A stretch of DNA of 64,000 nt from Iphione sp. A-MEVVRFRX5 (GCA_976226885.1 OZ320318.1:71796001-71860000), one strand, 5' to 3'. Positions 13,620 to 25,082 are shown, counted from the first letter of the stretch. Notes: a model not told the origin generated them from the sequence alone. Translations and numbers: made by a program.

Positions 13620-14130
13620 ATTACATGTATATCATTTCTTTCTTACTTGTTCAGCATCTCCTCTATGTCGTTACCCAGTTTCTTTTCGTGTTGTTTCCTG
13701 CCGAATGATGTTGTCTCTCTCTGTAGCTTTCCTCGGCCAAGTGTTTCTCTTGCCTCTCCATGCCTCTGACTCTCCATGCCCCCTCTCCATGTCAGTATTC
13801 TTCGGTTCCTGTATCCTTTCTGTTTCTCTGCTCTCGGTCGTCATATTTCTGTTTCGGTCACTTCTATTGTTGTCAATGAGGCCGCTAATCCATCGCCAGA
13901 CCGGATAGAGACTGTCCGCTCTCCTTTCGTCCACGTCTCTACCCTCATCCCTCCCTCCACCATGCCCAATCATTCATTCTCTCCTCTCCCCTATTTCTTT
14001 CTCATGCTCTTTCTTTCTGGCTCTACACTCATATTATGCACGTATGATTTTCTGTCTCACCTGTACCTCTTTATTCCGCTCTCAGTCTCCTTTTCTTTCC
14101 TACGTTTCGCCTCCACTAACCACATTGATG
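13620..14130. repeat. CT-rich low-complexity tract
   Basis: Strong pyrimidine bias on +; the ORFs here are compositional artefacts. Confidence 0.6.
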
Positions 14131-16431
14131 ATTAATCAAGTGACAAGGTAGGCACCGACAGTAAGGGCCGTTGTACGACACTGGAGTGGGTCGTTCTCGT
14201 AACGTATGTACAAGGGCTGACGGCCGGTGGCAGCAATTATGGTGGCCTGTGTGCCCGCTGTGCAGAGGTCGTACTAAACCCTGACCCTCCCACCTACAGG
14301 TGGAAACAACCCCTTTCAGACGAACCGGAACCTAATAGTCCCGTCTTGGTCCTTCAGTACACCAGGTGGGAATATATATCAGAATAGTCTTATTATTCTG
14401 TAGCATATTTGATAATCGTAATTGCGATGAGAGGTGATGATTTATGCAAATTATCACATGAAAACGTTTAGAGGCACAACATCCCCATGGTCTTCTCAGA
14501 GTAACGTGAGTACAAATAAAGAATCACCCTATGTGAACATGAACAATGTATAAGTGAAATATGCCTGGGTATTATATTTCCAATTTTATAGATAATAGGG
14601 AGCTTTTTCAGTTGAGGTGGTAATTTTCTATGTATGAATCATTTTTGTGAGCAATCTCTGAAAGAAACTAAAGAATATGTTTGAGCATCATTCGGTGCAA
14701 AGGTTGTGTAAGTATCCTTCTAGATCATGAGATATTTAAATTCAAAATTGATATAATCAAGATTTAACTTATTGCTCAAAGCATTTTTTGACACTCTGTA
14801 GTGTAAACATCTAGATGCTGTGAAATATGTAAATTAATTTTTAATTTCATTCTTACACAGAATCAGTTCTCAAAAAGATATTTTGAAAGGTTTTGAGTTC
14901 TTGATAGGAAATTTTCTCACTAGGGTAACCTAATACATGTAATTATATGTATGCATTCATGTAAATTTACTCATTTACATAAGTGATCACATGACAAAAT
15001 TATTTAATAAGGAACAAGAATTTACCAAATCTAATTTTTGCAGCAGATTTTACATGAAAAATTAGCAAAAAGAGTTTTCATGACTATATTTCCATTTTCT
15101 CCATTTTGGTTATTTGACATTTTGACATTCATGCATTGCATACCCCTTTTCCTATGGCTGGTCATGTTAATATTTCAATAGAAACTTATGCTTATGTATC
15201 TAAAAATGTAGATTAACATGCTTATAAGGTTATAGCACCTTTTAAATGCGTTAGTTTTTTAACATGAAAAAGTAGCTTCTGATGCCTAAGAGTATAGGTT
15301 TATGTAGTGACCACGATCAAAACCAGATGACTAAAAGTGTTAGTGATTAAACATTCAAATTTGATATCAGCACATTCACATTCTGATGTCGAGAATATTT
15401 CTTACAGTGTGCATATGCTGCAAGTACACATAATGTATGTCCCTATGACCTGTATGTTGTATCCTACCTGGTTGTTACATCAATATTATCATGTAATATG
15501 CTCAGCTTCCTGTGCTGCATCTGAGGTATTGTGTTTAATAAGTATGACTGTATTATGGCATACAAGTAGATGCACATTCTGCTAGTTTGTTTTTAGATGA
15601 ACAAACATAATACCTGCCCACCAATACATTTCATTAAAAGACGACATTGTATGTGTGTACCAGCCATTCTTTTCCAGTTTTTTTTCTAATGTACGTATTT
15701 CCTGCAAGATATTTGCAGAGCCTGTTAATGTCACAAACCTCATACTTGAGCATATTCTTATATTATTTGCTCAACAATATCCCCTGCATTAGAACATAGC
15801 TTTGCATTTTATGACAGTTTCAATTAATTCATTTCGTTCGTTCGTCATTGTTAACCAGTACTGTCCTATGGTCACGGAGGTAATACCGCTAACTTAGTTG
15901 TTGGAAGGACTCCATGAATACATAATGTCAAAATGGCCATTTTGCTTACCATCATGGGCAGTCGTATGACTTTATAAGCACCCTTTCATGGTTATTTAGT
16001 ATGTACATAGCAAGGCCGCTTATTCACTCTTTATTGGGGCCATGGCAATGTTTTCGTGAGGACAGGGCATCCTTGACAGTTATTGTACCTGGTGTAACCT
16101 GTCCTCAGGGGCCCATGTCAGGAACATGGGTATTGGGTGTGTATTGACGGCGTATTAAGAGAGCCTCCTCCTGCCAATGGCTTCCAGTGACTACTCTTCC
16201 TACAACCACAACTGCCACATATTTATATGTACATGACAATGTAGCAGCGAATAGGCTGGTATCAATACCATCAGTGTGGGCTTACAGTTGTTTGCTGGTG
16301 GTGTACAAGGTGTCTAATATGTACTACACGAATCCAGAGACGTTGTTAGATACTAGTTTAGTCAATATAGTAAAACAACTTCCTGCTAGCTCTAGACCTA
16401 CCGATGATAAGCAGACCAAGTTGACATAATG

Positions 16432-16594
16432 GACCGATCGCCAGCAGTTGCAGTAACTGGTACTGCGGATGTCATCTTTACTTGTCACGAAAATGTCAAA
16501 ATTTTAAGCCTTCTGATTGGTCCATTCTCATTACATCACAATTTGTAAAAATGACGTACGTAGTACCAGTTACTGCAACTGCTGGCGATCGGTC
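16432..16594. mobile_element. 163-bp MITE with perfect 33-bp terminal inverted repeats
   Basis: GACCGATCGCCAGCAGTTGCAGTAACTGGTACT (16432-16464) and its exact reverse complement (16562-16594). Confidence 0.8.
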
Positions 16595-18792
16595 GATTGA
16601 AAAGCCAAGCCTCATATACCACTGAGCCGTGGTTCTCCCTCTCACTGCAGAGATGACAGGTTACCCTGTCATTTTAAATCGTGATGGCAGGGGGCGGGGC
16701 GTTGATTCTACGCAATAGTAAAGATCAAAGGACCAAGAAAAACAAACTGCAATCCACCCCAATTACCTGTCTACAACTTGAACCACTGATCTTTGTATTG
16801 GAGAGCCAGCGACTGCTTACCCTGGCGTTTTTTTTTCTCGCTCGCCTGCAGTGTCCACCAAGCATTAATTCATACTTTGCCGTATTTGTTTTTTTTTGCG
16901 CAGACGACGGACCGGACGGCGCGGCGGTCCCTTCCCGCGGAGGTTACCCTGGCGATAGTTATGAATTGGTCATTAACGATGCAACGAAACTAATCATCGC
17001 TGATCAGTCACGTGTTCGTCTTAATCATCTTGCCTTCACGATAATAGGCCGAGCCGGAATAGCCCACAAGTGGCATTGTTTCCTTAAATAACAGTTTAAT
17101 TAAAGCCTCTTCTCACGAACAGCACGCAAAAATATAGGAAACCCCAAATACAAGATGCGCTGGGTTGACAGTGAGTTGAATTAAGCTTTCGGGGGAAAGA
17201 ATGTTTAGTTTAATGCATCCGCAGTTTAACTGGTGAAATGACAATATCAAAGAGAACATTTATGGCATTACATCAAATACCGGCAGGCATCTGCATCCCG
17301 CTGTTCCTCATCGCACAGAGTGCATCATTAACGTGGTAGAGCAGCAGGTGCCTGGCAGTCGACTTCATGCACGGGCAGCGCAGGTTTGATACAAAGTCAC
17401 GGACAGAAATGCATGTGTTGTTTTTTCCACGAAAAACGAAAATTCGAAAATGGGCTTTTTTAAGAATGTACTTTATTCCTGGGAGGACCCTCAACTGGTA
17501 ATACCTGGTAGGACTTTCTTTTTATACTTTGAAAGGCCAATAGGCATTTTCTCCATAAAATGATTAAGGAAATTAGAGAAAAGCACAAGAGGTATGTTTA
17601 CCAGGTAATGTCACAGATAGACCGCGCCGACGTTATGTGAGCTTTTTTTATCCACTGACAGACTGGTGAAGGCCACACGACGAATATTAAATTATTTCCG
17701 CTCCTTCAGCGATCAAGATTGGTATCTATGATCATGTCATGTTTATTGAAAAGGTCTTACTGGAGTATAAGATCTTATGAGTACTTTTATTTAGAATTAA
17801 AAGTATTGCCTTTAAAGTGAAGGAATAACTTTGATATGTATGAATAAATAATGAAATTATTCCCAATAATCATCCTTCCTAAATATAATGTGGAGATCAC
17901 TTGTTGTCTGATACTCTAATAAATATGACGCAAGATAGATTCTATGCTCTCAGAGGTTGGAAAAGCCGAAAGACCATGCCATAGTTCCTCCCCATAACAG
18001 TGTCTCTATATCCGGGTCAAATGTAAGGATGCCCATGCCTGCATACATATACTCACATACCTATCGTCTTTCACATTTGATATAAAACCTCATTGTAATA
18101 CCTAATACACAGTACATTGGGAAAAGCCCATTTGTCCCTTGATTATTGATGACCTAAGGTCACTATGGTGAAGGGGATCTGAATATACACGTATTGCATG
18201 CATCTTCAGTAGAGGTGATCAATACAGCATACGAGAAGAGTGGTGGGAACGTAACAGCGACATCTCACCTGTCCTACCGCTGGTGCGTGGAATATTCTGA
18301 TGATGCCGCGCATGGAAGTTCACATACTGTGTAAATACCCTAGTATTCGTGATTTAAGCACCGTCTTCTCTTGACAAACAGGCAAAGTCCCGTACTTGTA
18401 GACTGCGTGTCATTCATTGCACTCAGATGGATTTTATTCAGGAGCAATTACGCCTCAAACAGCATCAGTCAACTGAAAGGACGTTTTATCACCGAAAACA
18501 CGTCCTGTAGAAAGAACCTAGGATGGAAACTCATGCTGATTTGGCTAGAATCGTGACATGGCTAGACTAGTGAGGGAAAGTACAATGCCAAGGGAATGAT
18601 TAAGTCCCTGTTTACTGGCTGGATAAGTGTAGTGGCCTTATTAGTAAGGTGAACGTGTCCTGAGGGATTACTGCATATGATTGATATATATCTTGGGTCA
18701 TGGTAGGGGACGGACGTATGTAATTAGCTCTCTCCCTTAACTCCTCAATAAGTATGTAGAATAGCCAAATAGGAAAAGATATTGGTAGCAAA

Positions 18793-20400
18793 ATGCCTTC
18801 TAAGATGAACACGAGATCTGGTAAGAAGTCAATCAATAAGGAAACACCGAAAGGAAGAAAAGACAGGGAAGAACTGGTGAACAAGGTGGAATCCGAACGA
18901 CACGATCAGGCCATGGGCATCGAGCCGGGACAATCGACGGTATTGTCGCCCAGCACGCCTCCGGCCAACAACCCTGCAACGACCGTTGGTATTGACCGGC
19001 CGGGTTTGGTTCCAGAACCGGTCCCACTACAAGAAGACCATAGACCTGTACTGGAACCTGACCGTACTGGAATAGCGCCACATGGGACACAACATGTACC
19101 TAGCCAGACAGGACTGACTACCACAGGACAAGACAACGTCCATGATGCGAAAAAAGGTGAATCGCACATTATTAACCAATTGCTAACCAATCAGCGTAAA
19201 CTGATGACGAGAATTGACTCACTTGAAATTAATGTTTCAACCCTAACGTCTATTAGAGCAGAACTTAGGGATGTTAAAGAGACACAAGCAGGTATAGTCG
19301 TTAGACTAGACACACTAACAAGGAAAGTTGATGAAATGTATGAAAGTGAATCTTGTAGCGATGACATATCAGAGGCTAGTGAAACGATCAATGGTGGGAT
19401 ATACTCAACCATTAGTAGAATGGAAAGGTCTATCGAAGAATTAAACCAACAAATGTTAGAAACTGACATTAAAATGAGGGGTAGTAATCTCATTCTAGAG
19501 GGGCTAGAAGAAGGTGAAGACGAATCTTTAATCACAACTTGTTGGAATATCTGTGCCAAAGCAAATAATGATTTATGGGATAATGCTGTCATAGCCGCCT
19601 TTAGGCTTGGTAGTGAGAAGAAAACACGAAAATGGCCGAGGCCCATCAAATTAATATTTGCGACCACTGTGGACAGGGATCAGGTATACAGAAATCGCTC
19701 AAAATTGTGTAAGATACCAGAGTATGCCAACATTATGTTATGTGAGGATATCCCATTGAAGGTGAGGGAGCAACATAAGTCGCTACACGCCATTGCAGGG
19801 GCAGCGAGGCGTAACGGGCACCTAGCCTCTGTTAGAGGGATATCGCTACGGATCGACGGGAAGGGCTACTCTACGACAACCCTAGAAAGCATTCCCAATG
19901 ACATCGATATAGATACAGTTTTTTCAAAATCGACTGACGATGTGTTTTCTTTCAGGGGTGGGTTTCACACTCTATCAACCAGATTTAGGGAACCACTTGA
20001 ATTTGAAGGTCGCTCCTACAACTCTGTAGAACAAGCTTTTCAATTTCACAAGGCACTTGCCCATAAGAACAATACCCTCGCAGATTGCATAACAAGTGAG
20101 AACGATCCTGATGCTATTAAAATGCTAGGGGACGCAATAAAACCGTCATCTGATTGGTTGCAAATGAGTGAAAAGCTCCTATTGGACATAGTCACCACAC
20201 GTGCCACAAGAAGCGCGAAATTCAGAGAGAGTCTGCTTGGCACTGGAAATCGAACCATAGTCGAAGCAACAGCAGACACGGTGAGAGGATCAGGTTGTGC
20301 TATCACTGACGATAGCATAGTGAACCAAAATTGGACCGGCAGGAATATCATAGGGAAAACGCTAGTAAAGGTGAGAGACAGTTTGACGTCCGCTGAGTAA
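18793..20400 (+). CDS. LINE ORF1 protein: disordered N-terminus, coiled coil, L1-type RRM + CTD, C-terminal NADAR domain
   Basis: Heptad-rich region about aa 125-225; RRM motifs GSNLILEGLEE and AFRLG...WPRPIKLIF; CTD LCEDIP...VRGISLRIDGKGY. From aa about 383 the NADAR motifs run FSFRGGFHTLST, YNSVEQAFQFHKA, DPDAIKMLG, W455, LLGTGNRTIVEATAD, GSG, WTGRNIIGKTLVKVR. Confidence 0.9.
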   Translation: MPSKMNTRSGKKSINKETPKGRKDREELVNKVESERHDQAMGIEPGQSTVLSPSTPPANNPATTVGIDRPGLVPEPVPLQEDHRPVLEPDRTGIAPHGTQHVPSQTGLTTTGQDNVHDAKKGESHIINQLLTNQRKLMTRIDSLEINVSTLTSIRAELRDVKETQAGIVVRLDTLTRKVDEMYESESCSDDISEASETINGGIYSTISRMERSIEELNQQMLETDIKMRGSNLILEGLEEGEDESLITTCWNICAKANNDLWDNAVIAAFRLGSEKKTRKWPRPIKLIFATTVDRDQVYRNRSKLCKIPEYANIMLCEDIPLKVREQHKSLHAIAGAARRNGHLASVRGISLRIDGKGYSTTTLESIPNDIDIDTVFSKSTDDVFSFRGGFHTLSTRFREPLEFEGRSYNSVEQAFQFHKALAHKNNTLADCITSENDPDAIKMLGDAIKPSSDWLQMSEKLLLDIVTTRATRSAKFRESLLGTGNRTIVEATADTVRGSGCAITDDSIVNQNWTGRNIIGKTLVKVRDSLTSAE

Positions 20401-20404
20401 CTGA

Positions 20405-20661
20405 CTCTACTCTGCATAAATCTGTAAATGTTCATACTTCCAAGCCGCTATACTACTGGACTACTGTTTAATACCTGTTGGAAATGACCGCAGATACCAT
20501 CGTATATAGTGACCATTTGCAATACACCGCCTCTACTTTGCATAAGTTTGTAAATGTTCACACTTCCAAGTCGCTATACTACTGAACTACTGGTTAATAC
20601 CTGTTGGAAATGACCGCAGATATGATCATATATAATAAGCATTTGCAATATACTGCCTCTA
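20405..20661 (+). repeat. 126-bp tandem duplication (2 copies plus a few bases of a third) directly after the ORF1 stop
   Basis: Units start CTCTAC(T)... at 20405 and 20531 and CTCTA at 20657. The shared block ...TAATACCTGTTGGAAATGACCGCAGATA... is present in both copies. Confidence 0.9.
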
Positions 20662-21102
20662 TAATTATTACTCACTTGTTGATAGTATTTGCACATGTCA
20701 GCTTCCAGCGTCAAGTACCATAAGCGGATAAGACCATCTGTGTGGTAATTTCTTGCCACGGCACAACCCCACCTCAACCAATTGCCATATTACTTGAAAT
20801 TGGTGGAGACATAAGGTACTGTTTTCAATATTCGTGCCCAGCAATAACTCCATCGACATGATGTCGTTCCCCTAGTCCTTGTAAATAGCGTATATCCGCT
20901 GACATATTACGCCTTTGATAAGAAATACTGATTTACATAGGCTAACAAATGACATAAAATTTATGTATGAGAATCTACATATTCCCACCTACGTTTAAAC
21001 TTCTACCTCTAATGTTGTGGTTACGCTTATGTAGCCATTCCATCTATTAAAATCTAATGTTGTTAATAATAAAAAACTCTCTTATAGTAAAACAGGACCA
21101 CA

Positions 21103-21732
21103 ATGGAAAAGATCCGTGTACTGTATATCTCGGACTCAAGGGGTCGAGATGTGTCCCACAAGCTGGCCAGACACCGGTCGGGACGATTCAAGGTGGATTC
21201 GATAGTGGAACCAGGTATGGGCCTCGAGCAAGCGATAGAACACCTATCACATGAATCAATCAAAGACTACAGGTTGGTAATAATCCATACCGGTATTTGT
21301 AACATCACAAGACGCATAAATGGTGTGATATCATTGAGACAAACAAATGTCAATGATTGTTCTATGAAATTTGATAGGTACATTTCTGAAATTAATGAAA
21401 AATGTGTCTTGAATGATAACCAAAAGGTTCTTTTCTGCCCCATCATAGGCATTGATTGGAGGCGCTATTCTCCTTCAACCTATTCTGTATCAGTCCAAAC
21501 ATTGCTTAACAACATGATATGGTCAGTAAATACTCGAATTATGTTAGCAAATAAGGAGAACGAATTATTCACACCCAGCCTTCATAACCATGTACATTAT
21601 TACCGTAGAGGAAAGAGGGTAAACAGATACGGACATCTTGTAGACGGTTGTCACCAAAATATAAGGATTTCTTACAAATGGTTTGATCAGATAATCCTTT
21701 CAGTCAGCAAATGGCTTGAGACCGAGATTTGA
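21103..21732 (+). CDS. Stand-alone SGNH/GDSL-family hydrolase (esterase) ORF inside the LINE
   Basis: Block I VLYISDSRG (Ser nucleophile), block II PGMG, block III IIHTGICNI, block V LVDGCH (DxxH); real ATG; 209 aa. Confidence 0.85.
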   Translation: MEKIRVLYISDSRGRDVSHKLARHRSGRFKVDSIVEPGMGLEQAIEHLSHESIKDYRLVIIHTGICNITRRINGVISLRQTNVNDCSMKFDRYISEINEKCVLNDNQKVLFCPIIGIDWRRYSPSTYSVSVQTLLNNMIWSVNTRIMLANKENELFTPSLHNHVHYYRRGKRVNRYGHLVDGCHQNIRISYKWFDQIILSVSKWLETEI

Positions 21733-21829
21733 CTGGCATCTACCTTATTGAGGGTAAGGGAAATTGCTTGGATTGTCGTAAATTATCTACCACATACTTA
21801 CAACTTAAGCTACAAAACTCACTACCATA

Positions 21830-24592
21830 ATGAAAGGTCAATTGTTCATATTCTGGAACGCACAAAGTATGTTGAAAAAAATTGATGAGATCGAAAAACT
21901 ACTGCTTGAGAAGAGACCAGCAGCCCTTTGCATATCTGAGACATGGTTAACATCATCAATACCTACGACTTTGTTGAATGTGGATGGTTACCAAATAGTA
22001 AGACACGATAGGGACTTTGAAGGAAAAACCAGGGGAGGGGGGCTGTTAATCTACCTACGGGATGGTATCATATTTGAATGCATTACAGAATTAGAGAGAT
22101 CAAATAGCGATATTGAATCACTATGGTTAAATGTTAAGGATGGCAATAATAAAAAGATATCCCTAGGTCTAGTGTACAGGTCTCCAGATGGAGACTACAC
22201 TTCCTTTGTTAGCTATCTCAGAGAAGAAATAGATACCTTGAGTAGGCGCAAACCCCCAATACTGTTGGGAGGGGACTTTAATGTAAATTGGCTAGATGAA
22301 AACACCAGGAAACAAACTCTACGCAATCTGACATCGTCTTATAATCTAACACAGTACATCACACATGCAACACTGAATCATACTACTGCTCATTCTTGTC
22401 TTGATCACATATACACAAACTTACTGCACGTGTCTGAATCGGGCATCTACAATTATTTCCTCAGTGATCATCAACCAACATATTTAGTCAAGAAAAAACC
22501 ACGTGAGGCCACCAGCATTCCACGTATTGAACGAAGGAGATGGGAATTGTATGATAGCTTTCGGATGACCACTGCAGTAGATTCCGTACTAACACCTATT
22601 GATAGAGAAACCTCCAATGTAGGTGAACTGTGGGTAACAATGGAGGAAACAATCAGGAATGAATTGTATGAACAATGCCCACTCAAACAATGCAAAAGAA
22701 AAGCTAAGAAAGAATGGGTAACTCCTGAACTCCTTGAAATGATAGAAAACAGGGATTATTTTCTGAAACAATACAAACTATCAAAAAACATTGATGACTT
22801 CCGAATTGCAAAATTTTATAAAAGAAAAGTCTTATCTCTAAGTAGATCACTGAAAAGAAAATATGTCGCCAAAACATTACAAACATGTTCCTCTTCCAAA
22901 GACTATTGGAAATTCATAAACAAGGAAATACTGAGAAAGAAAGAAAATACAAATATAATCACCCTTGAAGAAGATGGTCAAACGATCCCTGTACATGAGG
23001 TGCCTAATACCCTGAACAATCATTTTGTATCCCAAGCTAAAACAATTGCAGACAGTTTTAATATTCACCATGATTTCCCGGACTCAAAAGGGATATGGGA
23101 CGTACAACCTGTAACAGCTTCTGCAGTTGCCAAGGTAGTTAAGGGTATGAAGCACACAAAACCGAGTGGGATTCTTGATATTCCCATGTTTGTCTTGAAG
23201 GATATTTTTCTGAACAACATTGAGTGGGTCCGTGATCTGTTCAATGCCTGTCTTTTTAAACAAGATTTCCCTACAGTTTGGAAAGTCTCAAGAATTAGGC
23301 CGATATACAAGAAGGGTGGGACAGAAAATAAGAGGAACTACAGACCAGTGGCAATAATCAACTGTGTGGGTAAGTTGCTAGAGAAGCTGATCCATGACCA
23401 GGTAAGATCATACCTAATTGAAAGGGAGATATTGTGCACGCAACAACATGGCTTTATCCCCATGAAAGGTACAGAAACTGCAACAGCCATGGTATTACGT
23501 GAAATAAATCAAGCAGTAGACGACAATAGACATAGTGCTATAACACTAATAGACATGAGTAAAGCTTTTGATGTTGTCAATCATTCGCTTATCCTTGTCA
23601 AATTGTCTAACTTGGGTATTGGATGTACGACTCTTAGATGGTTTAGATCCTATCTCATGGATCGTCGTCAGTACGTGCAGTGTAACGGAGTCTCATCTGA
23701 TCTGCTGAATGTGAATTGTGGCGTCCCCCAGGGGAGCCATCTAGGGCCGCTACTATTTACCATCTTAGTTAACGACCTGCCAGAATCGGTGCTTGTAAAT
23801 AAAGTTGTGATGTATGCGGACGATGTAACTCTAATCACTACAGCATCCAACATAGTAGCCCTACGAATAAAACTCCAGCGTGGTTTAAACGACGTACAGG
23901 AATGGACAAGGAAAAATGGCCTACTGGTAAATGAACTAAAGACAGAGTATGTAGCTTTTGGGAAAAGCAAGGATTTTCATCTTGATGTATCATTGAATGG
24001 CAAAGCGATAGATAAGAAACAGGAGTGTAGACTTCTTGGCTTCAGGATAGATGAAGCCTTATCATGGATTCCTATGATACAGGGGGTAAGACGACAAGTG
24101 AGGCTTCGCAGCTACTATCTGTCAAAAGTGACACCTCTATTACCGTATAGAGACAGGTTTCGTTTATTCCATGCATTCATTATGCCACTTTTCATGTATG
24201 GTCTGATCTTTTTTATGTCTGCAAGAAAGAAAGCTAGGGAAGAAATACAAAGAGAGTTCAACAGTAGCCTAAAACGGGTAGTACATAGATCAAGCTCTAG
24301 TACAAAATTAAAACGGGATGGGGAGTTATCTGAATTGAGTGATATATACCAAGTAAACTTAACGTGCCTAATTCATAGACTCTTTCTGCTAAATTATTAC
24401 AACTGTACTAGCAAACGAAGGACAAGGAGTGTTAGAATGTTACATCAGAAAAAGCCAAGAACAAACTGGTATCAGAATACCTTTCAATACAGAGGTATAG
24501 TAGCATGGAATGCATTGCCTAGTAATTGCAAAAATTGCCGAAACTTAAAAACAATAAAGGCCAATTTAAAAAATAAGCAAAAAAGACAGTGA
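21830..24592 (+). CDS. LINE pol protein: AP endonuclease + reverse transcriptase (920 aa, intact)
   Basis: APE motifs FWNAQS, CISETWL, GGGLLIY, GGDFNVN, LDHIYTN, SDHQP. RT motifs NYRPVAIINCVGKLLE, QHGF, DMSKAFD, GVPQGSHLGPLLF, YADD. C-terminal YRGIVAWNALP is typical of the CR1/L2 group; no CCHC knuckle. Confidence 0.97.
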   Translation: MKGQLFIFWNAQSMLKKIDEIEKLLLEKRPAALCISETWLTSSIPTTLLNVDGYQIVRHDRDFEGKTRGGGLLIYLRDGIIFECITELERSNSDIESLWLNVKDGNNKKISLGLVYRSPDGDYTSFVSYLREEIDTLSRRKPPILLGGDFNVNWLDENTRKQTLRNLTSSYNLTQYITHATLNHTTAHSCLDHIYTNLLHVSESGIYNYFLSDHQPTYLVKKKPREATSIPRIERRRWELYDSFRMTTAVDSVLTPIDRETSNVGELWVTMEETIRNELYEQCPLKQCKRKAKKEWVTPELLEMIENRDYFLKQYKLSKNIDDFRIAKFYKRKVLSLSRSLKRKYVAKTLQTCSSSKDYWKFINKEILRKKENTNIITLEEDGQTIPVHEVPNTLNNHFVSQAKTIADSFNIHHDFPDSKGIWDVQPVTASAVAKVVKGMKHTKPSGILDIPMFVLKDIFLNNIEWVRDLFNACLFKQDFPTVWKVSRIRPIYKKGGTENKRNYRPVAIINCVGKLLEKLIHDQVRSYLIEREILCTQQHGFIPMKGTETATAMVLREINQAVDDNRHSAITLIDMSKAFDVVNHSLILVKLSNLGIGCTTLRWFRSYLMDRRQYVQCNGVSSDLLNVNCGVPQGSHLGPLLFTILVNDLPESVLVNKVVMYADDVTLITTASNIVALRIKLQRGLNDVQEWTRKNGLLVNELKTEYVAFGKSKDFHLDVSLNGKAIDKKQECRLLGFRIDEALSWIPMIQGVRRQVRLRSYYLSKVTPLLPYRDRFRLFHAFIMPLFMYGLIFFMSARKKAREEIQREFNSSLKRVVHRSSSSTKLKRDGELSELSDIYQVNLTCLIHRLFLLNYYNCTSKRRTRSVRMLHQKKPRTNWYQNTFQYRGIVAWNALPSNCKNCRNLKTIKANLKNKQKRQ

Positions 24593-25082
24593 AGAAAGGC
24601 AAACTTTGAAGTAAAATCCTATGCAATAATTAGTTATTTGCATTAGAAGCATGCGTGGAGCCAGGATAAGACCTATCCTCTGCATGTATCACAGTCCGTA
24701 GCTCTGCAAACTGTTGTGTGGACACGGAAGAGACCGTCCTCCAAAAAGAAGTAGAAAGATACTGATTAAAGAATCCACAGTCTGTTAATATGCAAACTAT
24801 GATATAGTAGCAGGATGTGACCTGCTCTGAAGAGACAAATGCAGTGCTAAGTCGATATCCTAATTGCGATATTAATGCTGTTACAGCAGAATATACATGT
24901 TGAATAGTCATGCTGACTAGACAAAAATGCACAATACAGTGCTAAATAGACTGATGTGTACGACATAGTTAGACAGAAAAGAACACTTATTTTACTGTTT
25001 CTTGTTAAAATTACTTCCTCTGTATTTCCAGTTTCAGCTAATATTTGCTGGAAGACCTTGAGAATTATCTTGAGACGGAAAT

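Noticed and set aside
15960-16140. Weak RT-like phrase (FREDR...PQG)
   Set aside because: Too degenerate to support.
18080-18792. TSD or HDV-like ribozyme at the LINE 5' end
   Set aside because: No match to the 3' flank beyond TTGTAAT, and no HDV P3/L3 geometry could be built.
18612-23970. Many minus-strand ORFs overlapping the LINE (e.g. 18906-19190, 19191-19667, 20046-20435, 23668-23970)
   Set aside because: Antisense shadows of the real + strand ORFs, with no independent motifs.
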